Shown here piece by piece: positions 18,510-26,951 of a DNA stretch of 64,000 nt. The translations under genes and the position numbers were made by a program. Each line of letters opens with the position of its first letter. The stretch's first letter is position 1. The DNA is from Verrucomicrobiales bacterium (GTDB lineage: Bacteria > Verrucomicrobiota > Verrucomicrobiia > Verrucomicrobiales > Akkermansiaceae). The DNA is taken from assembly GCA_038237425.1 (NCBI GenBank), contig JBBRYQ010000024.1, forward strand, positions 1,005 through 65,004. The letters are read 5' to 3'. Below the pieces are notes generated by a model. It had not been told where the DNA came from. It made no database searches and saw only the letters and a list, made by a program, of their open reading frames with translations.

Positions 18510-20753
18510 TCACGGATCACCGTAGATGATCCCGCGCCCGGGAGTGCCGACATAGACGCGGCCCGGTATGCGGCTGTCTCCCACGAGGACATCCCCTGGG
18601 AAGGTATGCTTGGAGTCATTGATCCGGACCCAACTTTTACCGCCGTCGTCTGATCGATAGAGCGCTTCTTTCTCGATGCCCGCAGGGGGATTCAGTCTTC
18701 CGGATAGATAGAGCGCGGGATAGCGGCGACCGGGCATGGGCTTGCCAAATCCGAATGACCGGATTGATTTAATCGCTGTGTTCTCAGTGATTGGTTGTTC
18801 ATCTTGGTTCATTCCAGAAATGAGAACGAAGGTCTTCCCTGCATCGGTGGATTGATAGAGGCAGCTCACTTGTTTCCAGTTCTGGGTGGTGAGATAAATA
18901 TGTCCTTCGAATCCTGGCACGGGCCGCATGGCGGAGCGGAGATAGCCGTGAGTGCCCGGTAGCTTGGCTTCAGACTTCGCAAAGGTCGCCCCGCCATCGG
19001 TGCTGGTGAAAAAATTCCCCTCCTTGGAATCGAATCCGTAAAACCTCAATGGATTTACCCGGTCTGACGCGATTTGTGAACCTTGGGGAAGGGATGGAAT
19101 CGGTTTCCACGAAACCCCGTTGTCAGTCGTTAGAAATGGGCCTTTATCCGACATCCAAAGCATGGATTTCCCGTTCGCGGAAATAGCGATGCGACCTCCA
19201 CCGCCGGGTTCTTGAGAGGCAAAGGGGTTCCATGTTTTTCCTCCATCCATTGAGGATTTTCCTGGCTTTGATCCGACGCGTGCCATGATGCCTGGTGCTA
19301 ATGCCGCAAAATCCAAACCCGTGGTATTACCGGTGGAATGATTGACTTCAGGCGAGGTGTCTAAATCCGCATGGGTGAACCCGCCGATGTCGCCCAGTCC
19401 GCTGATGAGCGGTGGTCCGGATGGCGGGCTTACGAGCGCAATAACCACGGTTTCCTCCAGGCCCTGTGCGCTGAACGTCCACTCCGCCTCCGCACCGGCT
19501 GAGATGTTATCCGTGCGTTGGATCCCAAGGCCGAATCCGAAAAATAGTTGATCGGGCTGTGATGGATTGAACTCAATATCGCTGATCCAGTGGGTGTCCC
19601 GCGCTTTGTAGGGAGCGGGGGAGGTCCACTTCGGATTCACCTTTTTGCTGAAAAGTTCGAACCACACTGGGCTTTCCGTCGTGGCATCGTCGGTGCGCCA
19701 CATGGCGGTGCCCCAGTTCCAGCGGTCCATCGCCGCGACGATGACTGCTTTGGGGTGGGTGGGATCGAGTGCGATGCTGCCGTAACCGAAAAAGTCGCCA
19801 GAGCCTTTGCCGGGATCGACGGGTGAAATTTCCTGCCACGCGGCCGCGCTGCTGACTTTCGTGTGATAGCGCCACACCGCGCCGTCAGTCATACCGTTAG
19901 GCCCGGCTTGGTTGGCATAGGAAAGATAGAGAATTCCATCCGGGGCGAGCACGCCATGATTGGGAAACATTCCTTGCGGTTGTCCCATGACGGCGTTCCA
20001 CGATAGTCCACCATCATCGCTTCGATAGAATGCAGCCTTGCCTCCATCTACTCCCAGATAGATGGTCTTCGATGGATTGCCTTTCGTCCCGCTTTGGGGA
20101 TCGAAGAGCACGAAAGTGATTCCGACTTCTCCCTTGGTGTCCGTGAAACCGGGAACCTTGATCCATGTGGAGCCGGAATCCTCGCTCGCGAGAAGTCCAT
20201 CCTGCCTTGATCCGAAGAAGAGGATGTTCGTGGAAATCGGATCGATCGCGAGGCGTTCGCCGACACAGCGTCCATCACCATTTCCCGCCATGCGAGCGGG
20301 GATTTTGTGGCTCTCCCACGTTTTCCCCTGATCTGGCGAGCGGCAAATTTCCCCTGATGAGGCGAGGTAAACAAGGTTGGAATTCGCCGGATCTGCGGCC
20401 ATGCTTTCTACTTGGATGGGGCCTAACTCATCGGTGATGGGCAACCAAGTTTTCGATTCGTTGATCCAGCGGTAAGCTCCTCCCACATCGGTGCGGGCGT
20501 AGAGCTGCCCGCCCGGCGCGGCGCTGGGAATCAATCCGGAAACAAAGCCGCCGCCATCGATGCGTGCGTTTTTCCAGCTGCGGTATGGCGAGCCAGTAGT
20601 GGTGGGTCCATATCTATCTGATGTATCCGGTGGTGGAGTGGCGGCTGGCGCTTTTGTGCTGAGAAGGCAGACTGACAGGATCAGTAGAGCGATAGCGGGA
20701 ACGGCGGGGAATTTGAGAACACTTCTTCGATCAGAGATAAGTTGGAGTTCCAT
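18510..20753 (-). CDS. GH74 xyloglucanase-like double beta-propeller
   Basis: Motifs GGGFVSGLI, YARTDVGGAYRW (catalytic Asp), GLEETV and SGLGDIGGF (second Asp); BNR repeats (SPDQGKTW, SDDGGLSW, STDGGATF, SDDGGKSW). Confidence 0.85.
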   Translation of the reverse strand: MELQLISDRRSVLKFPAVPAIALLILSVCLLSTKAPAATPPPDTSDRYGPTTTGSPYRSWKNARIDGGGFVSGLIPSAAPGGQLYARTDVGGAYRWINESKTWLPITDELGPIQVESMAADPANSNLVYLASSGEICRSPDQGKTWESHKIPARMAGNGDGRCVGERLAIDPISTNILFFGSRQDGLLASEDSGSTWIKVPGFTDTKGEVGITFVLFDPQSGTKGNPSKTIYLGVDGGKAAFYRSDDGGLSWNAVMGQPQGMFPNHGVLAPDGILYLSYANQAGPNGMTDGAVWRYHTKVSSAAAWQEISPVDPGKGSGDFFGYGSIALDPTHPKAVIVAAMDRWNWGTAMWRTDDATTESPVWFELFSKKVNPKWTSPAPYKARDTHWISDIEFNPSQPDQLFFGFGLGIQRTDNISAGAEAEWTFSAQGLEETVVIALVSPPSGPPLISGLGDIGGFTHADLDTSPEVNHSTGNTTGLDFAALAPGIMARVGSKPGKSSMDGGKTWNPFASQEPGGGGRIAISANGKSMLWMSDKGPFLTTDNGVSWKPIPSLPQGSQIASDRVNPLRFYGFDSKEGNFFTSTDGGATFAKSEAKLPGTHGYLRSAMRPVPGFEGHIYLTTQNWKQVSCLYQSTDAGKTFVLISGMNQDEQPITENTAIKSIRSFGFGKPMPGRRYPALYLSGRLNPPAGIEKEALYRSDDGGKSWVRINDSKHTFPGDVLVGDSRIPGRVYVGTPGRGIIYGDP

Positions 20754-20797
20754 GCGGGGCTAGAGTTTGCTGGGAAATTGGGTAAGCAAAGTCATTT

Positions 20798-22552
20798 TTA
20801 CTCCGCGGGATACAACTGAAGCTCCGCCACGCCGGGGGAACCTTTATCGCATTCCATCGTTAGGCGGAATTTTTGCGCGGTGACTGGCGTGATGGATTCC
20901 TTCACTCCGTGGCCATTGGTCTTGCCTGCTGCTAGATTCTTCCAGGCCCCTTCCGCAAAAACTTCCAGCGTGAATTTCTGACTCATGCGTGGCCAGACAT
21001 CCGGTTCGTCCAGCCCGAACGCGCCGATCTTGGTGACCTGTTTAAGCTCCACTTCGAGCGATGCGGACTTAACGTCTTTCGGTGCGCGCCAGCGCTTTTC
21101 GCCGGTACCATCAATGGCGTTTGCGGCCTCGCTGCCGGGGATCTCGGTCGATGCAATGACTTTCGCGCCCACGGTTGGAAGTGGCGATGTGATGGGCTCG
21201 CCTTTGATTTTTAAGGCGATGACGGAATCCGATTTGTCCGGCGAAGCTGAGGGAACCTCGATGACGAGTTTCTCATTGGTGCGCAATACAGGAAGCTCTT
21301 TACCATCAGAGAGCAGCGTCGCGGATACGGCTTCGTTATTCAAAGGTATGGTCAGTTTTCCGTCATTTGGCCATTCAAATACATGGAGGTAAAGCGTGCC
21401 GCCCTTGCGCGTGGCGACTCCCCATGGCAGATAGGCAAACGGACTGCGGTTTGTGCCATAAATTGCTTCGCCGTTCACGCGTAGCCACTGGCCCACGTCG
21501 TGCAGGCGTTCGATGCACGCGGGCGGAAACTCACCTTCCGCAGTCGGGCCGACGTTGAGCAGGAAATTGCCGCCCTTCGCGCAGATATCCGCGAGCTTGC
21601 GGATGAGATCGGTAGAAGATTTCCAGTTTTGATCGTAGGCGTTGTAGCCCCAGTGACCGTTGAGCGTCATGCAGGTTTCCCAATCGCCGGGAAATCCCGT
21701 GACCGGCACAAATTGTTCCGGCGTGGCAGTGTCGCCGCCGAAGCCGCCGCCGAGTCGATTGTTCATGATCAGGCCAGGTCGCGTTTGTGTGAGTGCTGCG
21801 AATGGCGCGGCGCGTTGCGGTGTCATGTGCATCGGTGTGTCCCACCACAAAATATCTATCGGGTAGCGTGTGAGAATTTCTTTCACCTGCGGCACGGCGA
21901 CATTTTTCAAATACTCGTCGTAATTTCCCTTGTGCGCATCGTCCCAACCTTCGCCCTCCTGGAATCCGCTTTTTGCACCGCCGGGATTATTCCAGTCCTG
22001 CGATTGAGAATAGTAAAAACCAATCTTCAAGCCAGCGGCGTGCGCGTCACTCACCAGTGGTTCAAGTAAATCTTTTTTATAGGGTGTCGAGTCGGCGATG
22101 TTCCACTTGCTCGCGGCGGATGGATAGAGTGTGAATCCATCGTGATGCTTTGCGGTGATGACGATATATTTCATTCCCGCATCCTTCGCGGTCTGTACCC
22201 AGAGCGCGGGATTATATTTCACCGGATTGAACTGCGCGGCGAACTCATGATAGGTCGCGACGGGAATCTTCGCCGAGTTCATGATCCACTCTCCGTAACT
22301 GGTGTTGTCGCCAAACTTTCCGGCGGGCACGGCATAAACGCCCCAGTGGATGAAGAGTCCGAATTTCGCCTCGCGCCACCACGCCATGCGCGCGTCGCGC
22401 TGGGCGGGAGTTTCCTTGATCGCTTCGAGTTTCTCGCCGCCGCCCTCGACGGTGACGCCCTCGGCCGGCGCGGAAGTGGTGGGAGTTGCGGCGTGGGATT
22501 GCAGCAGGGTCACCGCGAAGATGAACGATGTGAGATAGATTTTGAATTTCAT
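20798..22552 (-). CDS. Secreted alpha-L-fucosidase (GH29) with C-terminal F5/8-type C (CBM32-like) domain
   Basis: ATG 22552 (MKFKIYL...); motifs FGLFIHWGVY, TAKHHDGF, LWWDT, WETCMTLN, GGNFLLNVGP. Confidence 0.92.
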   Translation of the reverse strand: MKFKIYLTSFIFAVTLLQSHAATPTTSAPAEGVTVEGGGEKLEAIKETPAQRDARMAWWREAKFGLFIHWGVYAVPAGKFGDNTSYGEWIMNSAKIPVATYHEFAAQFNPVKYNPALWVQTAKDAGMKYIVITAKHHDGFTLYPSAASKWNIADSTPYKKDLLEPLVSDAHAAGLKIGFYYSQSQDWNNPGGAKSGFQEGEGWDDAHKGNYDEYLKNVAVPQVKEILTRYPIDILWWDTPMHMTPQRAAPFAALTQTRPGLIMNNRLGGGFGGDTATPEQFVPVTGFPGDWETCMTLNGHWGYNAYDQNWKSSTDLIRKLADICAKGGNFLLNVGPTAEGEFPPACIERLHDVGQWLRVNGEAIYGTNRSPFAYLPWGVATRKGGTLYLHVFEWPNDGKLTIPLNNEAVSATLLSDGKELPVLRTNEKLVIEVPSASPDKSDSVIALKIKGEPITSPLPTVGAKVIASTEIPGSEAANAIDGTGEKRWRAPKDVKSASLEVELKQVTKIGAFGLDEPDVWPRMSQKFTLEVFAEGAWKNLAAGKTNGHGVKESITPVTAQKFRLTMECDKGSPGVAELQLYPAE

Positions 22553-22563
22553 TTTTTCCAAGT

Positions 22564-23982
22564 TTATTGTGTTAGGGGTGTGGCATTCGATGCCACTGCG
22601 ACTGCCGGAAATTTCATGACGTCTGAATCAAACTCCAACGCCACGACCGTCACCTCCGATTGCCGGTCAGGTCTGGCGACGGAAATTTCCAAGCTGCTTT
22701 CCGTTTGCCGCGCCTCCACTTTGCCACCGCCCAATAGATTTGCGCGAACCATTTTGGCAGCAAGATTCGGCAGCATCAGTGCGCCCGCTTCCGGCCATTT
22801 GAAGACGTGGACAAAGATTGTATTTCGCTTGCGGGTCGTGCCGCCGTATTCGCCGGGTTTGAACGGCCCGCTGCGTGTGCCGTAGATGCTCTCGCCGTTT
22901 TTCCTGAGCCATTCGCCCACTTTTAGAATGCAAGCTGACTGGTCGGCGGGGATGGTGCCAGTGGCGTCCGGCCCTACATCGAGCAGAAGATTTCCATCAC
23001 CGCTCGCGCAGCTTACGAGCATCCGCAGCGTTTCTGCGAACGGCTTGACCTTGCCATCGCTGCGATATGACCAACCTCCGTGCGGCGCATCAACGACGGT
23101 CATGCACGATTCCCAAAGCCGCGTGTCCTGATACTTGCCGAGCTTTTGCTCCGGTGTGTCGAAGTCGCCGCGAAACGGTTCTGGCTGGCGGTTGTAAGCT
23201 CCAAGTTCCGCCATCCGATTGTTCATCACGATCGCGGGTTGCAATTGCTTCACCAAGGCTGAGGTCTCGGCGATGCCCCAGAAGTTGGTGAGGTCTCCGC
23301 GCCCGTAACTGTCCCACCATAGCACGTCCACCGGGCCGTAGTTCGACAGCAATTCACGCACTTGGCCGTTCATATAGTCTCGATACATGGCGTTGTCGCC
23401 GATTCCGTAATCCGGATGATGCCAATCGCGCTGTGAGTAATAGATGCCAAAGCGCAAACCTTCCGCGTGACAGGCGTCGGCAAGTTCCTTCACGACATCG
23501 CGCTGGAAGGGCGTGTGCATGATAGAATAGTCAGTGAGCTTGGTATTCCACATGCAGAATCCACCGTGATGTTTAGCGGTGAAGACGAGATATTTCATTC
23601 CTGCGGCCTTCGCGAGTCGCACCCATTCTTTAGCGTCGAAATGGGTCGGGTTGAAGTTTCTGTAGAGATTGTCGTATGCCGGGTCTTCCACGTAGCCAGC
23701 GGGATCTTTGTATATGTCCAGTGGCTTCGTGGCCTTGCGTGACCAACTGATCTCGGTGCCGGCGATGCTCGACATGTCCCAGTGGATGAACATGCCGTAG
23801 CGTGCCTCGCGCCACCACGTCGTGCGGGCGTCGCTTTGTGCGGAAACCTTCTCCACGTTTTCAAGTTTCTCTCCGCCCGGTCCGCTGGCAGGTCCCGCGG
23901 TTGGGGCTTCGTGGAGCGCAGTGGCGGCATTAGTCTGAAAGAGTGTTAGTGCCAACAGCGCAACGATTTTTGTTGTGTTCAT
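22564..23982 (-). CDS. Secreted alpha-L-fucosidase (GH29), variant motif KHHGGF
   Basis: Signal peptide; motifs YGMFIHW, TAKHHGGF, LWWDS, WESCMT, GNLLLDVGP. Confidence 0.9.
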   Translation of the reverse strand: MNTTKIVALLALTLFQTNAATALHEAPTAGPASGPGGEKLENVEKVSAQSDARTTWWREARYGMFIHWDMSSIAGTEISWSRKATKPLDIYKDPAGYVEDPAYDNLYRNFNPTHFDAKEWVRLAKAAGMKYLVFTAKHHGGFCMWNTKLTDYSIMHTPFQRDVVKELADACHAEGLRFGIYYSQRDWHHPDYGIGDNAMYRDYMNGQVRELLSNYGPVDVLWWDSYGRGDLTNFWGIAETSALVKQLQPAIVMNNRMAELGAYNRQPEPFRGDFDTPEQKLGKYQDTRLWESCMTVVDAPHGGWSYRSDGKVKPFAETLRMLVSCASGDGNLLLDVGPDATGTIPADQSACILKVGEWLRKNGESIYGTRSGPFKPGEYGGTTRKRNTIFVHVFKWPEAGALMLPNLAAKMVRANLLGGGKVEARQTESSLEISVARPDRQSEVTVVALEFDSDVMKFPAVAVASNATPLTQ

Positions 23983-23991
23983 GATTCTTTT

Positions 23992-25065
23992 TTACGGCTC
24001 GTGCTGAGTTTCTTGATTGGTCTCGATGCGCTTTTTGAGACTCATCAGCGCCGCGATTTGCCACTCTTCCAATTTCCCGTCACGGTTCGGACCCACATCG
24101 AGCAATAAATTTCCTCCTGCGCGAATGACCGTGTCGTGATAAAGCTCAAACAATTTGTCGGTTGGTCGCGCCTTGTCCTCAGCCGTCCAGAACCAATCCT
24201 TGCCGATGACATCGCAGTATTCGTAGCCGAGATAATAATTTGTCCCGCGCCACGATTGCGTCGGGCTGAACTGGCCGGGAATCACGTCGCGCTCGCTGTT
24301 CAAAACATCCGTGGGCCATGATTCGGCTTTGGTGCTTTCGATGGTGAATGGTCCAGGAGTCTTCTTATCAAGGAAGCCACAGTTAAACAATACCACGCAG
24401 CCTGGATTTTCCCGGCGCAGTAGTTCATACAACTCCGTGCGCTGTGCCTCGCTCGCGGCGCGGGGAATGTCGAGCCAGTAGTAACGCACAGTGGGATAGT
24501 TCCGCGCAAGCTCTGTCAACTGAGCCTTCGCCAATCCGAAAAAATCATCGGGCAGCAGATACCGTCCCCACTGTTGTTTGTGTTCGACCGAGTTATTGCG
24601 AAAATCCAGAAGGCAATAATACAGCCCCGGCGTGATGTTATATTTTCCACAGGCGTCCACAAATGCTCGCACCACATCGTTCGTATTGCCGCTCGTGGCT
24701 ACGTCGTAATCAAACTCCTTGCCGCGGAATTGTATTTTGCTGTCCCACAAACAATGCCCTGCAACGTGCTTGGACGTGAGAACGGCGTAGTGCATCCCCG
24801 CGTCCTTCGCAACGCGGATCCACTGGTCCACATCAAGATTCTTGGGCGCGTAAGTGGCAGATGGCTGGTCGCCGGGGTCAAGTTCGTTGCCCGTGAACGT
24901 GCTCATGCCGAAATGCAGGAACATGCCGTAGCGCATCTTTTGCCATTCTCGCATCCGTGGTGTCTCGACCCCATCGGGAGATAGGTGGACAGCCGACTCG
25001 CTTCCGACGGCAGATGTCACCAAGCCTGCCACACACGCCACCGCTATTTGAATGAGTTGTTTCAT
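23992..25065 (-). CDS. Secreted GH29 alpha-L-fucosidase-like protein, variant motif KHVAGH
   Basis: The true start is probably ATG 25065 (MKQLIQIAVACVAGLVTSAVGS, a signal peptide). Motifs YGMFLHFGMSTF, TSKHVAGH, YWLDIP, GGNLLLDVGP. Confidence 0.82.
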   Translation of the reverse strand: MKQLIQIAVACVAGLVTSAVGSESAVHLSPDGVETPRMREWQKMRYGMFLHFGMSTFTGNELDPGDQPSATYAPKNLDVDQWIRVAKDAGMHYAVLTSKHVAGHCLWDSKIQFRGKEFDYDVATSGNTNDVVRAFVDACGKYNITPGLYYCLLDFRNNSVEHKQQWGRYLLPDDFFGLAKAQLTELARNYPTVRYYWLDIPRAASEAQRTELYELLRRENPGCVVLFNCGFLDKKTPGPFTIESTKAESWPTDVLNSERDVIPGQFSPTQSWRGTNYYLGYEYCDVIGKDWFWTAEDKARPTDKLFELYHDTVIRAGGNLLLDVGPNRDGKLEEWQIAALMSLKKRIETNQETQHEP

Positions 25066-25104
25066 TTTGTAGACGATGTTAGGTAATGTATGATACAAAT
25101 CTGC

Positions 25105-25257
25105 GATGTTCGAGTTTTGCGTCACCCGACCGTTGAGGATGGTGCTGAGTTGAAGATCATTGGGATTCGGAATCACGTCCGGCGTGACCCAATACGGGCC
25201 GACCGGGCTTAATCTATCGAAGGTTTTCTCGCGACACCGTTGGCCGCTGCCGCGCAT
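25105..25257 (-). pseudogene. Decayed internal fragment of a fumarylacetoacetate-hydrolase (FAH) family gene
   Basis: Translates GQRCREKTFDRLSPVGPYWVTPDVIPNPNDLQLSTILNGRVTQNSNIADL, which matches the FAH-family segment QWxRGKTFDTFxPxGPxxVTPDEIxxPxxLxxxTxxNGxxxQxxNTxDM. Both ends of the gene are absent. Confidence 0.75.
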
Positions 25258-25277
25258 GAGCGGCTAGGCGCGCGCTG

Positions 25278-25901
25278 TCACTTTGGCAGCAGTGCGAGCA
25301 GATCGTCATGCGGCCTCGCGATGACGTGGGCGGCGATCACCTTGCCCAATGACCCGACGGCTTGTTTCCCGGCGTCGATTGCGGCTGCGACGGCTGCGAC
25401 ATCGCCGCTGATAACGACGGTCACATAGGCGGCTCCGATTTTCTCCTTGCCGACGATTTTGACGTCTGCCGCTTTGAGCATGGCGTCGGTGGCTTCGAGG
25501 ATGGCGGTGAGGCCCTGGGTTTCGAGGATGCCGATGGCTTGTGGTTTCATATTCTTGGGAGCGTTGGGATTGGCGGGGTGATCGGTGGGGAGAAATTGGT
25601 CGCGTCCGCCATAGAGCGGATTGCTGGCGTTGGGAAAGTGGATCATCGGATCAAACCCATCGACTGGCCTTGGGATGGTGCCGGTGACGATGGACTCGAC
25701 GCCGAGTTTCGGGGCAAGAGATTCTGCGGCATCCAGCGCGGCACGGACTTGTGAGATATCGCCCGCCAAGCGGATGAGCACATTTTCATTGCCCGTGGCC
25801 TCGAATCCGAGGATGCGCACATCCGCCGAGTTCGCGGCTTCCTGCGCAAGCATTGCGGAGATGCTGAGGAAAGGAGCTTCGATGAAACCGAGTGACTGCA
25901 T
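25278..25901 (-). CDS. Bacterial microcompartment shell protein with two tandem BMC domains (BMC-T)
   Basis: The C-terminal domain is canonical (AIGILETQGLTAILEATDAMLKAADV...VISGDVAAVAAAIDAG...HVIARPH). The N-terminal domain is a divergent copy (SLGFIE...RLAGDISQVRAALDAA...GTIPRP). Confidence 0.9.
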   Translation of the reverse strand: MQSLGFIEAPFLSISAMLAQEAANSADVRILGFEATGNENVLIRLAGDISQVRAALDAAESLAPKLGVESIVTGTIPRPVDGFDPMIHFPNASNPLYGGRDQFLPTDHPANPNAPKNMKPQAIGILETQGLTAILEATDAMLKAADVKIVGKEKIGAAYVTVVISGDVAAVAAAIDAGKQAVGSLGKVIAAHVIARPHDDLLALLPK

Positions 25902-25907
25902 GGGATA

Positions 25908-26924
25908 CTAACGGTTTTGAGCGACTTCGAGATTTTTCATCACGGCCCGGACGATCGCATCCACATTCATGGGTGATGACGTTGTGCAATCTACGCGGCA
26001 TTCTCCAGCAGCCTCTTCGAACCCGCAACCGGCGAGCACGCATGCGAGTTTGGAGCGCATTTCGGCGATGAGTCCTTGTTCAGCGGGCGAGAGCGGGAAG
26101 CGCGCGTTGCCTGCTTTGAAACCACGGAGTTCGTATCCGGTGCGGAAGCCTTCAGGGAAATTTGGCGCGCCGACCATCAGCGAGAAAAGGTCGAGCAGTT
26201 CAAATTGGATTTGTTTCGCCTTCTCCCAGTTTCCGGCACGGGCGGCATGATAGAGGCTCATCACCACTTCCGGCACGACGCCGGCGCTGGAAAGTGTGCC
26301 GCCGTCCGCGCCCATGAAGAGACCGGTGCAGAGCAGTTCCTCCCAGCCGATGAGCACCGAGAAATCCGGGCGCTGGCGTTTGATGGTGTGGAGTGTCTGT
26401 TGGAAGCGGCCCATGTCCTTGGAGGTGTCCTTGGTGCCGACGATGCGCGGGCAATCCATGGCGAGGCGTTCAAGAACGGGTAGAGAAATTTCGTTCGCGA
26501 AGACCGGGATGTTATAAACCACGATATCGATCGGCGATTTGGCGGCCAGTTCGCGGAAATAGGCCTCGATGCTTTCCTGGGTGAGTTTGTAATAATACGG
26601 GCCGGTGATGGAAACCGCGCGGCAACCGAGGTCCGCGCAATACTTGCACATTTCTAGGACGAGCTCGATGTTCGCCTCGGCGGCACCGGCGAGGATGGGG
26701 CGGCCGTTTGCCTCCTCGCTGACGATGCGCACCACGGTACGGCGTTCCTCGTAGCTCAGGCGGATGAACTCGCCCATGCTGCCATTCGGATAGAATCCGG
26801 TCACGCCCTTGTCTCCCACCCAGCGGATGATGTGGCGGAGCTCGTCCTCATCGATGCGCCCCTTGGCGTCGTAAGGAACGATGTTGGGGACGAAAATACC
26901 GTTGATGGTGGACTGGGAAGCCAT
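25908..26924 (-). CDS. DHDPS/KDG-aldolase family class I aldolase with a C-terminal encapsulation-peptide-like helix; candidate 2-keto-3-deoxy-L-fuconate aldolase
   Basis: Motifs NGSMGEF (GxxGE), VVYNIP (Tyr) and GTKDTS (Schiff-base Lys); C-terminal extension ending NVDAIVRAVMKNL. Substrate is inferred from context only. Confidence 0.8.
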   Translation of the reverse strand: MASQSTINGIFVPNIVPYDAKGRIDEDELRHIIRWVGDKGVTGFYPNGSMGEFIRLSYEERRTVVRIVSEEANGRPILAGAAEANIELVLEMCKYCADLGCRAVSITGPYYYKLTQESIEAYFRELAAKSPIDIVVYNIPVFANEISLPVLERLAMDCPRIVGTKDTSKDMGRFQQTLHTIKRQRPDFSVLIGWEELLCTGLFMGADGGTLSSAGVVPEVVMSLYHAARAGNWEKAKQIQFELLDLFSLMVGAPNFPEGFRTGYELRGFKAGNARFPLSPAEQGLIAEMRSKLACVLAGCGFEEAAGECRVDCTTSSPMNVDAIVRAVMKNLEVAQNR

Positions 26925-26951
26925 GGAGTGGGATGATGAAAGTTCCGGAGA

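Noticed and set aside
23992-25257. FAH-GH29 fusion protein
   Set aside because: The FAH part is only ~50 degraded codons and lies upstream of a signal peptide, so it is better explained as a pseudogene remnant that happens to be in frame.
25908-26924. Lysine-biosynthetic dapA
   Set aside because: GSMGE replaces GTTGE, there is a C-terminal extension, and the context is sugar-acid catabolism, so the symbol was not assigned.
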